A stretch of 64,000 nucleotides of DNA, taken from Paramecium tetraurelia. Taxonomy: Eukaryota. Under the pieces are notes generated by a model. That model was given only the letters and a program-made list of their open reading frames with translations, was not told the DNA's origin and searched no databases. Position 1 is the first letter of the stretch, and each line of letters starts with the position of its first letter. A program made the position numbers and the translations under genes. This document shows, piece by piece, positions 26,977-39,603 of this stretch. The DNA is taken from positions 434,001-498,000 of the forward strand of contig CT868074.1 of assembly GCA_000165425.1 (NCBI GenBank), in the 5' to 3' direction.

Positions 26977-26995
26977 ATATTTAATTTAATGTTTT

Positions 26996-27004
26996 AAAAA
27001 CGGA
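26996..27004. promoter_or_regulatory. Candidate shared secretory-gene element AAAAACGGA
   Basis: 20-28 nt upstream of the TMP ATG at 26976. Confidence 0.5.
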
Positions 27005-27651
27005 TCGAAAAATGCTTATGTATGTAATTAATTTATAAATATTTATCCCCATTTTCTTATAATTTTCCTATAATCATATATATCAACTTTTCATATTATT
27101 CAATTAATCCAATTTTTCTACAATCTCATCCCCTACCTCTCTCTTTTTGCATAATTTATAGTAATTTTTATATATCCTCAATCCTCATCATTACCAAATT
27201 TTTATTAAAATAGAATAATTAATTTATTATTTCTCTAGATATTCTTAATTCTAAACAAAGACCAGATAGTAGCATATTTTTATAATTCCCCTCCCATTAT
27301 TTTCATCTTACTTAACTAAATCCTTCTCTTTAGTTAATCAAACTAATCATCTATGACAGATACACTATTAATTAGATTCTTAGATTTCTTATTATTTACT
27401 TTTGAGTCAATTCATTATTTTATTCTATGATTTCTTGAAAAAAACTAGAAATATTAATTAATCATATTATAATATGGCCAGATAATTGCTATATAATTTT
27501 AATGAATTTATATTATATAGTCTTTATTAGAAATAGCTAGACTGATTTCTAGTATGAAAGACAAAAGGTGAGATTGCTAGTGGTTTATGAGGTTGTTTTA
27601 ATTTATTAATTAAAATCTTGCAAATATTCAAAAAATAATTTAATTTTTCTA

Positions 27652-28145
27652 ATGTCAGCTCCATTTTATACAGTGAAAGTATGCTCATGATATTAATTAA
27701 AGGATGTACCAGCTTAAGATTTCATTCGCGGTTATGCAGAATACTTGAAAAAAAATAACAAGATCAAGATTCCAGAGTGGGCTTCAATTGTTAAGACAGG
27801 TCTTGGAAAAGAAACCTCACCAATTGACTAAGATTGGATGTATGTTAGAGCTGCAGCACTTGCTCGTAAAATTTATGTTAGAGGCCATTGGGTATTAATA
27901 ATTAATTAAAACTTCAGGGTGTTGGAAATCTGACTCATATGTTTGGTTCAGTTAATGATAATGGCAAACACGAATCTGGATCTGGAAAAGTCATTAGATA
28001 TTTACTCTAATAATTGGAAACTATTAAAGTATTGAAGAAAGATAACAAATCTCTTTTAAAGAAGGGATCAAGAATTGTAACCAAAGAGGGATAATAAGAT
28101 TTAAATAGAATTGCAACTCAAGTTGCCTTAGCTGCCAGAAAATGA
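27652..28145 (+). CDS. RPS19: 40S ribosomal protein S19 (eS19)
   Basis: TVKDVPAQDFI, KIPEWASIVKTG, DWMYVRAAALARKIY, GQQDLNRIA; introns at 27679-27702 and ~27892-27917. Confidence 0.95.
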
Positions 28146-28241
28146 TTTATAATACATCACAGAAGTACATTATTAAACATACAGAATTATAATCATAAAT
28201 ATATATTTAGATAAAATCAAAATTTTCTTCAGATTATTCAT

Positions 28242-29223
28242 TCAAAAAAATTTTGATTCCAAAATAAGCTTAAGTTTTATTTTTAAATATTATATTTCTT
28301 CTTTTGCATGCATATTCGAAATCTCTTTTAGCCATGAATCACCATCATTAGATTTAAATGATCCTTCTAAAATTTTATTGCATCACAATATCTATCAATT
28401 CTATTGCTCTCCATTCAATTTGCTCATAATTAGATACTCAATCTAAATTAAGGATGTTTCACTTGAAATTTATATTTATGTCCATATTAATATTCTTTTA
28501 ATTTAATATAATTATCAATATTGTTCAATACTAATGACTTGATTTTAAGATTCTAGTAAGGGATTATTGTAAGTCTGCTAATTCATGATTGTGTCTATAA
28601 ATGTATATGCTTATTCTTACCCAACAGTAAATGCACCTATTTGAGTAGGTGGGATTGCATTCAATTTTGCACTCAATAGTCTTATATCACTTTGATTTCC
28701 ACCAAAACCTAATCTGCCCTGATTGTTACCCAAAAATACAGACGATTTGGAGGATAAATGATGAGGTTGGAAACTTGAATGTGATAATTCATTATTGAAT
28801 CGAGTGAATTTAGTATTTTAGATCTAAAGCTCTAAACCCAATTTTGAATCCCAATTTTTGAATCTATCCAGTCTTACTTTAGTCTTTTAGGGAGATTCAA
28901 TATAATTTGTATTGTGTTAAATATGAGAAGAATTTTTGTGAATGCTACTAAATACAATTTGTGAGGGTGTTAAAGGGCTATTATAATAATGATAAATACT
29001 GGTATTCCCCAACTACTACTCCTTGTAAGCCTTTGCTTTATTTTGGTGATGAGTCTCTGAATATTCTCATTCTGACTGGAGACATATTAGTTGACTAACT
29101 GGTTTTAGTGGTATAGCTAGACTCTCCAATTTTACTAATGGCAGTTGATAACATTCCAAGTTAGCTTTTTTTTGGTTTATTAACTTTGCTGGATTCCAAG
29201 CTGGCAAAAGATTGAGCGAACAT
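28242..29223 (-). CDS. Hypothetical Ser-rich protein
   Basis: ATG 29223 (MFAQSFASLES..), short GT..AG intron(s), 3' frame ends ..LESKFF-TGA. Confidence 0.55.
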
Positions 29224-30128
29224 AATTTTATTTATGTGTAATAAAATTTAAGTTTCCCCTTTTATATGAGTCAAATATTATTAACAATTAAAGTCTAGAA
29301 AAAACTTATAAGATGCATACTTTATCATGATATTAAATCACAGTTTGGATCCAATGAATTTTAAATATACAGTTATAAAGGACAAAGTGTCAAGTAGAAT
29401 TTTGTACTAATAATCCTATCGTTATTTGGACAATATTTAAATATCAAATGCTGGCAGAAGTTAATTAAATGATTTTGTGAGTTCACCAATTTTAAATATG
29501 ATTGATTGTTAATTTTAATGACAATTCAATTCTAAAACAAGATTTGCAATCAAAAATTTACATTTCATAATCTTATCCATTTATGGTTTTTTTGAATTTT
29601 TAATCACAAAAATAAGCATCTTTACTTTAATCCATAATAAATGTTCAAAATTATCGATTGAGATTTTTAATAGACTTAAATGTTGTTTTAAGTTTTACAA
29701 TAAATTATGTGTTTAAAAAAATACACATTTGTTATTCATTTTTTTAACATTTACTATTAAATTTAAGCTTCTAATCGCAGGTCATATTAACAATTGAGCT
29801 ATAAGATACTAAGTTTTTTAATGTTGGTGATATATTTTAATCTTTAACAAGGGCAATAATGATTAAATATTTAAATCTTTGCTATTGAACAGTAACGTAA
29901 TATTGTATAGGGTTTAAACTAAAATGAATGATTGATGCATTTATTATTTCAAAATAAATAGTCAGATGATTCTATTATAAAATACTTAAAGTTACATTAA
30001 TACCAAAATAGTTAATGGTTCCAAACTAAAAACATAAATAAATATGATGGGGTGTTTTCTAGATGACTAGAGAATAGCAATAAATTTAAGATTCATTTTT
30101 TAAATTGAATATATTTGTATTATGGAAA

Positions 30129-31266
30129 TCATTTTCTTCCAAGGCTGGTTTATGAGGCTAAGGATCTGACTTAGTCTTTGAACAATTAGATGACAACATC
30201 GATGATAGCGTTTTCCTCTATAGATTATTGTGATAATTGGTACCGGCTCTTCTGACAGTTTCGGAGGCATAGAATTCTCTTTTCTCTTCCAAATCAGCGG
30301 TGGCTCCAGCAACGGCGTTCAAGGAATCTTTCCAGAGTTTAAGGGCCTTGGCTTATTAGGCAAGAACGGCTGGGAGTTGCTATAAAAATAATAAACATAT
30401 GATTGTACAGTTTCTAATTTCTCAACAAAGACCGGTTCTTCTTTCTTATTCTGAAGTCAACCAGGCAACTTCGGCATTAGTATCTGAAACGTATTTGGCA
30501 AGAAGCAAATGCCAAGCATGGATTTCTTATTCTTATAAGGGTAGCAAGAGTTGATTCTAATTCAACTTATAAATCTTATAAGATTTAGAGGACTTATTCT
30601 CCGGTTGTGCCGTCTCTCTTGACTTCAGCAAGTGATTAGAATTTTTAGAGGGCATCTTATTAGAAAAGATGGCTGTAAGCTGATAATTTATCGGCGATTG
30701 TTGAAGCCTTTTCAACAAGTTCGACTCCAGCATTGTTTGTGAGGAAACCAGCAACGTCTTGTGTCAAGAGTGTGACAACTCCGATGGCATCGGCGTGATC
30801 AGCAAGGGATTTAACAAAAAGTCCATTGGCCCAACATCTTTAGTCTTGGAGTTAATTGTTTCTTCTAACGATTTCAGCAAGTCTGGCTTCAGCCCAGGCC
30901 AACCATTAATATCCATCCTTAATGAATTAATTGTTTTGCTTACTCTGACTTAAGCTTCAACATCTGTTCTGACAGCACCAAGTCTTTCCCATTATTGTTT
31001 GTTGAGTGCGGCAACGTTAGTCAAATCACCAATGACTTGGGAAAAGATTTCTACACATTAAAATAAAATTTACCTTCGTCTGTATTGTTCTTTTTGTCAG
31101 CAGCAGCTTACACATTCACATTCTCTGTTTTCAAATCTCTTAAGAGATTGTAAACGGATTCAACGGCATCATTTCCTCTTGTGCCTGTTTGGAGAAGCAC
31201 GGCGAATTTGTTTGTGTCAAGTGCAAACACAGCTGCTACGAGGCAAATCACAACGAATGTTTTCAT
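30129..31266 (-). CDS. Trichocyst matrix protein precursor; cluster of apparent insertion frameshifts
   Basis: Signal peptide MKTFVVICLVAAVFA, DAVESVYNLLRDLK, heptad regions, four introns; five extra bases between 30423 and 30541. Confidence 0.8.
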
Positions 31267-31285
31267 ATTTATTTTTAATAATGCC

Positions 31286-31294
31286 AAAAACGGA
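31286..31294. promoter_or_regulatory. Candidate shared secretory-gene element AAAAACGGA
   Basis: 20-28 nt upstream of the TMP ATG at 31266, the same spacing as the copy at 26996. Confidence 0.5.
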
Positions 31295-31970
31295 ATAAAA
31301 TTTCTTCGTTTTAATGTTGGTATATATAATTGTTTTTATAATTCACACCTTAAAGGACTATGGAAATGTTTCACTTCATATAATCTTATTACCCCATTAT
31401 TATTCATTCCATCTTTATTAATCCATTCTCACAATTTATTTGACTCAACTAATTCAAAATTAAACAATCCATAATAGAAAAGATACTGTTACCATTAATA
31501 TAAGAATCTATCAATTTTTAATGAAAATTTGTATATCTTCAGGATCTAAATAAGAATATCATATAATCTATGGACCTCCCAATATCATAATTGAACTTAT
31601 CATAGTACTTTTTTTCATTAATTTCTCTTTGAAATATTAAAAATCTTATGTATTAGGTTTTAATTAAAAAAACATAATAGATACCTCATCCAGCTATCTG
31701 GCTGATATTAAATTTAATTAAAATAATCCGCCTATTAAATGATTGATTCAATATCAAAAATTTTAGAGTTAAAAACTATATATATGTATATTTAAATTAA
31801 ATAGAGATAAGAAATAAATCTAAAAATTTAATATTTTTGCAGATGTTGATAAAAAATTTAAATTTAATATATTTTGGAAAAACTTAAGTTGTATTTTAGA
31901 ATTTTATAAAATCCAAAATTTTAAGTGATATTTTGAAATGAATTGAAATAAAATTAATATATATATTAAG

Positions 31971-33578
31971 ATGATTATGTGCACTCTTTGTGAGGACTAT
32001 TTAATAAATGATATTGTTATTCTTATACAATGTGGACATCTTTATCATATAGATTGCTTGAACAGACATAACGAATAAAATTATACAAAAATATGCCTAA
32101 ATTGCTAAAATGGGACTGACTCCATTTAAATTCAATTTTTAATACATTAACCTGATTATATTGCTGAATAGTAGTTAAACTAATTAAAGATTAAGAGTAA
32201 ATCTTTTTTATCAAAAATTGAATAAGAGATAGAGCTTTTAATTAAAAATTATAAATTCCTCTTGTTAGACTATTACATCATTGTAAGTGATCTGTAATAA
32301 CTCACCTCAAATAAAAATAGGCAAATCAATTATCAAATATTAAGCTCCAAGAACAAAGCAGATAGGATTATAGATGATTAAGATTTATTTTTATCCTTCC
32401 AATAATAAAGTAATTGGAATAAAAAAGAATAAGATTACTATTAAAGTATGTAAGATAAATATAATAAAATATATCTTAAGAAGATAGACTATTAGGCAAT
32501 TAGTAACTATATAGATAATATTGAAAATTAAAATGATATTGTTATTTATTTCAAAGATATTTGTTTAATACAAAATCAAGATGAAAATTCATATGATAAA
32601 AATTTAAGGTGCTTTTTATTTTAGATTTTTTAAATTCAGAATAAAGTTAAGAATGTTGAAGAAAAATTAACTCATATTCAAAACATTATAAAGTAATAAA
32701 CTTGTATCCATAAACTATGCACACTTTGTTCTGATAAATAGACCACATAAATTGCAATTAGAATGAGTTGTGGGCATATTTATCATATAAAATGTTTGGA
32801 AATGGCAATCAAACAAACTTATTTTTGTCTTAATTGTTTAAATCACTTCCATACTTCTATTGTTCAATTTTAGGTTTAAGATTCGGAATAAATCAAAATA
32901 ATATAAAATAAAGAATCCTTCAAATGGACTTTAAAAGATTTAGAAATAAGAAAAATATAATTATAACTTGAAATATCTAAACATGAAAAAATTGATAGGG
33001 ATTATGCTAAAGTTATAGAGAATTTATGTGAAAAGATTAAAGAATTGATGAAAACATCAAAAGATTCAAAACAAGTTAATGAAATCCCTTAAAATCAATA
33101 AGATTTAAATATAGATATAATAATGCAAAACAATCCAAACTTTGATCATATATCGAATGAAATAATGTGCCTGAATTCATTATTTGAAGATGAAAACAGA
33201 GTTCCTCAAACATATGATAACGTATTCTACTTTGTAGATATTTGTTATCCATAGAATCATTGTTTAAATGCATTAGATTAAAATTTATAAAATCTAATAA
33301 CAAAAAGAAAAAAATTGAATGAGAGATGGGAGCTTTTAGAGGAATAGATGCAGATGACTTTAGATCGATTAGTAGACAGGTATAAATGGAAATAGGAGTA
33401 ATAAAATAAAAGGCTTGGAATCAGAAGAAAGCCACCTTAAACAGAAACTAAAAGTTTAAATGAAAGAATGAATAATTTTCTAGGATTTCCAAACAATATG
33501 AAATAATACTTTAACAAATTTTAATAGAAATAAAGTGATAGTTCTGATGAATATTCATAAACAGATAATTTTTTTTGA
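31971..33578 (+). CDS. Double RING-finger/coiled-coil protein (internal duplication)
   Basis: CTLC..CGHLYHIDC..CLNC and CTLC..CGHIYHIKC..CLNC, each followed by a coiled coil; open for 535 aa. Confidence 0.8.
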
Positions 33579-34120
33579 TATTATCATATTATTTTTAATT
33601 AATTAAAAGAGACTCGTCATGATTCACCATTGCATAACTTTATAACTTTTAATCAATTAACTTATATATTTATGAATGCCTTTACTATATTCTTAATAAA
33701 TGCATTTCACTAAAACAAATTGATTTATCTTAAGATTAAAATTCTTTTTGCGAATTTCATTTAATTCATTATGCAATATACAATGACATTATATGAAATC
33801 TCTCTTGCAATTACTTCATATTTTTAAGCTGTATATTTAAAACATGATCAGCAATGATTTTGAAGGTAAAGAACTGTTCATTAAATTGAGAGCAGTATTT
33901 TTCACTTACAATAAAAATTCTTTTCTAATTAGATGTTTAGTTATTGAGTAAACCTTCTATTACATTTAATCACCTATTTTTAAAAGTTGTTAATTGAGCA
34001 ATTTGGTTTCAAAAGGAACTTAAGTAATAATAAATCAATAGGAATCGAGTAATAACATAAAGTGAGACCTCTACTATTTTGAAATGCTATTTTACATTAA
34101 ATTAAATAAAAATATATAAA

Positions 34121-34740
34121 ATGGAATACCCAGATGGGTACCTACTACGTAAGAATGTAACTAAGCAAGCTCTATTTTCTTGGGACCCTAAACGTACAAG
34201 TACTAAATTGAAATTGTGCCAAGACTAATTATAAGTGCTAGCTACAGATGGATCTGGATTTAAAAGTGCCATTGGTGATTAGGTATTAAGATTGCTACTT
34301 TAAGGAATTCACTCCAGGTTATAAATATTACTATGAGATTAAAATCTTGAAGGGTAGTTTAATTAAGCTTGGCGTATGCACCAAGAATGGGCTGTTCTAA
34401 GATGTAAACTCAATGCTCCACCTAAGCAAGCTTTCAGTGATAACGAAGAAGGATGGGCAATCTATAATGGTGAACTGAGACACAATTCTAATTCCACTGG
34501 CAATAAGTATGGCAAATAATACAAGAAGGGAGACATTATAGGAGTTATGCTTAATATGATTGATGTACAAACTAACTAATTCAATTTTAAAAGGGCTAGT
34601 TATCTTTTTCAATAAACGGAGAGAATCAGGGAATTGCCTTTGAATGCAAAGAGCTTAAAGAAGTTCCATTATATGCTGCCATAGCTCCAATTTATAAGGA
34701 AGATGGCATCGAATTGCTAATGGCAGTCAGGGAAGATTGA
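34121..34740 (+). CDS. SPRY/B30.2-domain protein
   Basis: KYYYEIKI..IKLGV, GWAIYNG, YGKQYKKGDIIGVML, LSFSINGENQGIAF, LYAAI; three tiny introns. Confidence 0.85.
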
Positions 34741-35603
34741 TTCTTAATTAATTTAATCATTATTCAGGGAAATCACACCATAATCCTATTAGCAAATTTA
34801 TTCTTTTTGCTTTTAAATACCAATCAAAATCTAAAATTTAAAAATATTTATAAGTTTTATAGAGAATCGCTTAGATTTAAAATACTGTGATAATTTAATT
34901 TCATCATACTTATGGATTATTATTGAGAAATGCTCAATTAAACTGATAAAGTATACCCTCATATTATACCATGTGAAATATATTTGATCATTTCCAATCC
35001 TTCTTTATTTTTTAAGTCAAGATTCATTTAAGATCTGTTTAAGAGTTCTTAGTTTATTTTGGTTTTGGAACTTAAATTAAATCGCTAAAGTCAGTTTTCT
35101 TATTTCTTAATTGTAGTGATGTGGTTTATTTTGTTTCTTAAAATTGCTATGGTTATTATTATTATTATATTAATTTGGTTGAAACTACTCATTTCATTTT
35201 ATTATGAAATATTTCTTTGTATCTTAAAATGCGGGTATGATAAATTCAACTAAATACAACTCTCTTTTCCTATGGATATCAATTCAAATCATTTTAATAA
35301 TTAATATTTCAATTCTAATAATAAATTAAAATATAATTTGAAATAAGTATATTCCCCCATTAGGTTCCATAATTTTAACCATTTGAATTGGTTTTGTTGC
35401 CATAATTGTAATATTTTGTTTTATTTATAATATATCTAATTAAACTATGAACATTTAATAAGATTAAGTTTATTATTAATACAGTTTCAACTTAGGTATG
35501 AAACTAGAGGTTTTATGAATATTTCGTTTCTATTTGAAAAACTAAAAATAAACCATTTAAAGAGCAACTTTTTTAATGGCTTGTAAACTCATTTAATAAA
35601 TTA

Positions 35604-36305
35604 ATGTTTCCAAATCTAAATCCATCATCTAAATCAAGAGGTATATGATAACCTAGTCGAGGACAGCCCGTTAGAGTTATATTCAAGAAGAGAAGGCTAG
35701 ACAAATAGATCGAGAGAATCAATTGTTATTTCAAAAAATATTAGGCATTACAATGAAACAAAGAAACAGTTCAACAACTCCAACAAAAACAACATTAAAT
35801 TATAAAACCAGAAAAGACTTTCAATAGAAGATAATGGATGAAAATTAGAAACTGTTCACTAGAATAAAATAACAAACATCGTATTACAAAATTTAGAAAT
35901 CTTAAACAAAATCTTTATCTAAATAAAGAGCAAATTCATCTGTAAATATTTACAAATATATAAAATAGTATTTGCCAAGTAAGAAACTACAAGAATTATA
36001 TTAGAGTAAATTAGAGTAGGGTGGATTAACTTATAAAATAAGAGTTATCATAGATGGACAGTATAGAAATTTAATTTTTTTAGATTATTTAAAATAATGG
36101 CAACGACAGAAGAACAATCTTATACAAGAGTGTTAGAAATGATGAAGAGTGATGGTAATATAGGGTGTAAATTTGAATAGGAATTCTATTGTTGAAGAAT
36201 GTGTTTCATAATGATTTTCAAAAATTGATAGAGAGTTTATAAATTTCAGATAAGATTACAATCAAAGGGATATAATTAATAGAGACTCACGGTAAATTTG
36301 GTTGA
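35604..36305 (+). CDS. CFAP97/hemingway-like domain protein
   Basis: EEKARQIDRENQLLFQKI..LNYKTRKDFQQKIMDENQKLFTRI pattern; several tiny introns. Confidence 0.55.
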
Positions 36306-36323
36306 TAAATATATATACAAAAA

Positions 36324-36782
36324 TCAATTTTGTTCATCACTATCAGTTTCCCATTCATCATCATTGTTTTCAGGTCCAGTGATTGGTCTGAAATATTCTC
36401 GTTCTCCTCTTTCGTGAAGTTCACCCTACATTTCCTCATACATTTATTCATATATTTGTTTTTCTAATTCGTCTTCCTCATTATGAGAATCATCATCCTC
36501 ATTATGAGAATCCTCATCAACCCAAGACAATTGCTCATCTTAATGGAAATGCAGATTCCCTTATTCGTCCATAAAGCATTCTGTTTTTAATTGAATTTTC
36601 TTATTTTGCTCATATTCTACGTTTAGATCTGGATGAGAATCATCTTTATAAATGAGATCCGCCATGGTTCTATATGAAAAACTAGCAAGAATTTCTTAGG
36701 CTTGCTCCTTGGAGAGTTGATTATAGGGCTTTTTGAGATTAGTCGAAAGTTATGGTTTATCTCTTTTGAACCACTTGAACAT
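36324..36782 (-). CDS. Small acidic hypothetical protein (152 aa)
   Basis: Intronless open frame MFKWFKRD..DSHNEDDDSHNEED..WETDSDEQN-TGA. Confidence 0.65.
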
Positions 36783-36824
36783 TAAAATTATTTTAAGGCT
36801 AAGAATTATTAAAATTTTTATAAT

Positions 36825-38246
36825 ATGTAGGGATGCAATAGATCGTAAAAAATCGCCATCTGTACAGTTGGTTTGCCAGCTCGAGGAAAAACGTATATTT
36901 CTCGGAAATTGAATCGTTATTTTAATTGGTTGGGCTACAAGAGTAGAGTATTTATAAATGGGAATTACAGAAGAGAAATATGCGGTACGGAATGCAATTC
37001 ACAATTTTTTGATCCCCACAATGAGACAGTACAATGAACAAAAATAAATATAGGCTTAAAAAGCAAGGAGTGATTGTGCAAAAATGGCATTACAAGATTT
37101 AATATAATTTCTTAAGAATGGAGGAGATGTAGGAATACTTGACGGAACAAACATCACAAGGGAAAGAAGACTCTAGATTGAGAGTGATTTGAAACAGTCT
37201 TTTAATGGAATTCAAACTCTGTGGATCGAATCCATATGTAATGATTCCAAAGTGATTTAAAATAATATCCGACTGACTAAAATCAACAACCCAGATTACT
37301 GCAATGTGAACTCTGATGAGGCTACAATAGATTTCCTGAATAGAATCAAGATGTACGAGCAAATCTATGAAACTATAACAGACGATGAGAATCTCTCATA
37401 CATCAAGACTATTAACGTCGGAGCAGACGTACAAAACATGTTTCCATGCTTAGATTATAGTTCATTAAGTCTATGGCTTTCTGTTGTCCAAGATCGTATC
37501 CTTTATTATGAATCTCCACACCTATCCGAGACCAATCTACTTATCCAGACATGGAGAGAGCCAGTACAATGTTGATGATAGAGTAGGAGGGGATTCCGAT
37601 TTATCTGAGTTAGGCGAGATGTATGCAGACAAGTTGGCAGATTTTTTCTTTAAAGAGTTCCCAACTAAAGAAACGAAAAATGAAATTATTTTCTTTACAT
37701 CCACAATGCGAAGAGCTATTCATACATCTGATGTTGTGGCTAGTAAATTAGATATTTAACCATTGCAATTAAAGACATTAGATGAAATCAATGTAGGAAT
37801 ATGTGATGGAATGACATATACTGAAATTGCATAGAAATTTCCCAGTGATTTTTAAGTATTCATTTTATAATATTATCACTTATTAGGAAAGGAAAATCAA
37901 TAAATTAGGTTATAGATATCCAAGAGGAGAATCATATTTAGATTTAATTAGCAGAATCGAACCAGTGATATTTGAGATTGAAAGATCTAGACAACCAGTT
38001 ATGATAATAGCTCATTAAGCAATTTTAAGATGTTTATATGCTTACTTTCATCAAAATGAGATACCAGAAGTACCCACTCTGGATATACCATTGCATTGTG
38101 TAATAAAATTGACTCCGGCTGCCTACTTTTGCGATGAAAAAAGAGTGCTGATCAACCCTTAAACTGGGGAAATCTCAATTAAGGAAGAATATGTATAAGA
38201 ATTTGTGAGATCAAAGAGCAAATAGAAGAGCTTTATTGATTTATGA
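36825..38246 (+). CDS. Bifunctional 6-phosphofructo-2-kinase/fructose-2,6-bisphosphatase
   Basis: VGLPARGKT, GNYRR, DGTN, LSRHGES, GGDSDLS, YRYPRGESYLDL, IAHQA motifs; three introns. Confidence 0.93.
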
Positions 38247-38324
38247 TTAGATTCATCAAATGTTAATGGAGTGATCATCATTCATAATAATATATTTTAT
38301 TTATATATTATGTGAAAATAAATA

Positions 38325-38333
38325 TTCGTTTTT
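38325..38333. promoter_or_regulatory. Candidate shared secretory-gene element TTCGTTTTT
   Basis: 55-63 nt upstream of the T1-like TMP ATG at 38388. Confidence 0.5.
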
Positions 38334-38387
38334 CGATTTTTAGCACAAAATAATCCTCAGACGTATGTCAATAATAATTTACAATAA

Positions 38388-39603
38388 ATGTTAAAACTAA
38401 CTCTTTGTGTATTGTTGGTGCTTGGTGCAACAGCCATCAACGTCTAATCCTCCATCTGGACTAGTCGTGACTAAAAGGCTCTTGCTTAGATTCACTCATC
38501 TGGTTGGGGCAAGTTCATTTTGAATTATGCCGAACTCCACCATGTCAACCGGAGGTATTCTCTCTGAACTCAACAGCGAAATTGAAAAACTCGTAAACCC
38601 ATATCACTAATAATTAAGGTTGGTGAATTAGAAGAGGAATTAGCTGGAGTCCATCACGAATATAACAGAAGAACTGACGTTCATAACAGAGAAGTAGCAA
38701 GACTTGAATAAGAAATCTAAGACAAGGAAAGAGGTTACCAATAGTTTCTGATCCCTTTTAGAACTCTTCCAACGCTCACGATTTCTATGATAATGTCCTC
38801 ATCCCATAAAGAGATAGATTTGCTGCCTAACTTGAATAATTATAAGAAAACACTCGCCTAAAACAGAAGAACACTCCAAGAATCCACAGTCTAAAGAGAA
38901 AACGATCACGAGACCTTTGAAGCTTAAGTTGTCGAACACAACGATGCTATTGGTGCCATCGATGAATGCCTCTAATTATTGAGCACAATCGCTACCCCAT
39001 CTCTTGCTTAAATCAAGAAGGTTTAAAAGAACCTCACCAAAATCCAAAACTCTTTGAAAAAGCACAACTAATTCCAAATCTTTGTCAAAGTCCTTTTGGA
39101 AATCACAGTCGAATCCAACTTCGCCGATCAAGGTGCTCTCAGAGACGTATTCTATTTTCTCATTCCTAGATTATTGTCGCCTTCAACAACTTGAGAGTTG
39201 AATTAGTTGATTCTCTCAACTAAATCACAGCCGATGAAGCTTAAGCTGTTACCGACTTCAACGCCCAAGTTGTCTAATTGAACTAAGAACACGCTGAATT
39301 CTAAAGAGCTGTCGTTGTTAAGAATGCTGAAATCGAAGCCAACGCAAGTACGATTAACATATCTAATCCATTTAGCCAAGATTGAATAAACCCTTGACCT
39401 CATCGATGAACTCGATGCTGATTTAGCAACCCTCAACGGATAATTATAAGCTGAAAACGATGACTTTGCCTTTGCCACCGATGTCTACAATTCAACCGTT
39501 GCAGAATACAACAAAGAAATCAATGCTGCCAACCAAGCCTTAGAATTGCTCACATTAACCAAGATTTTAAGATTATGTTAAATCATAACTCAAAGGAGCA
39601 TGA
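38388..39603 (+). CDS. Trichocyst matrix protein precursor, T1 family; four apparent +1 frameshifts
   Basis: [52 protein letters not shown] and DYVKSQLKGA match T1-type TMPs as I recall them; four introns; extra bases at ~38541, 38770, 38853, 39555. Confidence 0.88.

Noticed and set aside
27540..27651. Shared TTGCTA/TTATGAG words upstream of the two ribosomal protein genes (also 55880-55930)
   Set aside because: Short, AT-rich and only two instances, so not distinguishable from chance by eye.
38388..39603. Programmed +1 ribosomal frameshifting (Euplotes-style) in TMP genes
   Set aside because: The shift sites share no AAA-stop slippery context, TAA/TAG are sense codons here, and the pattern fits insertion errors better.
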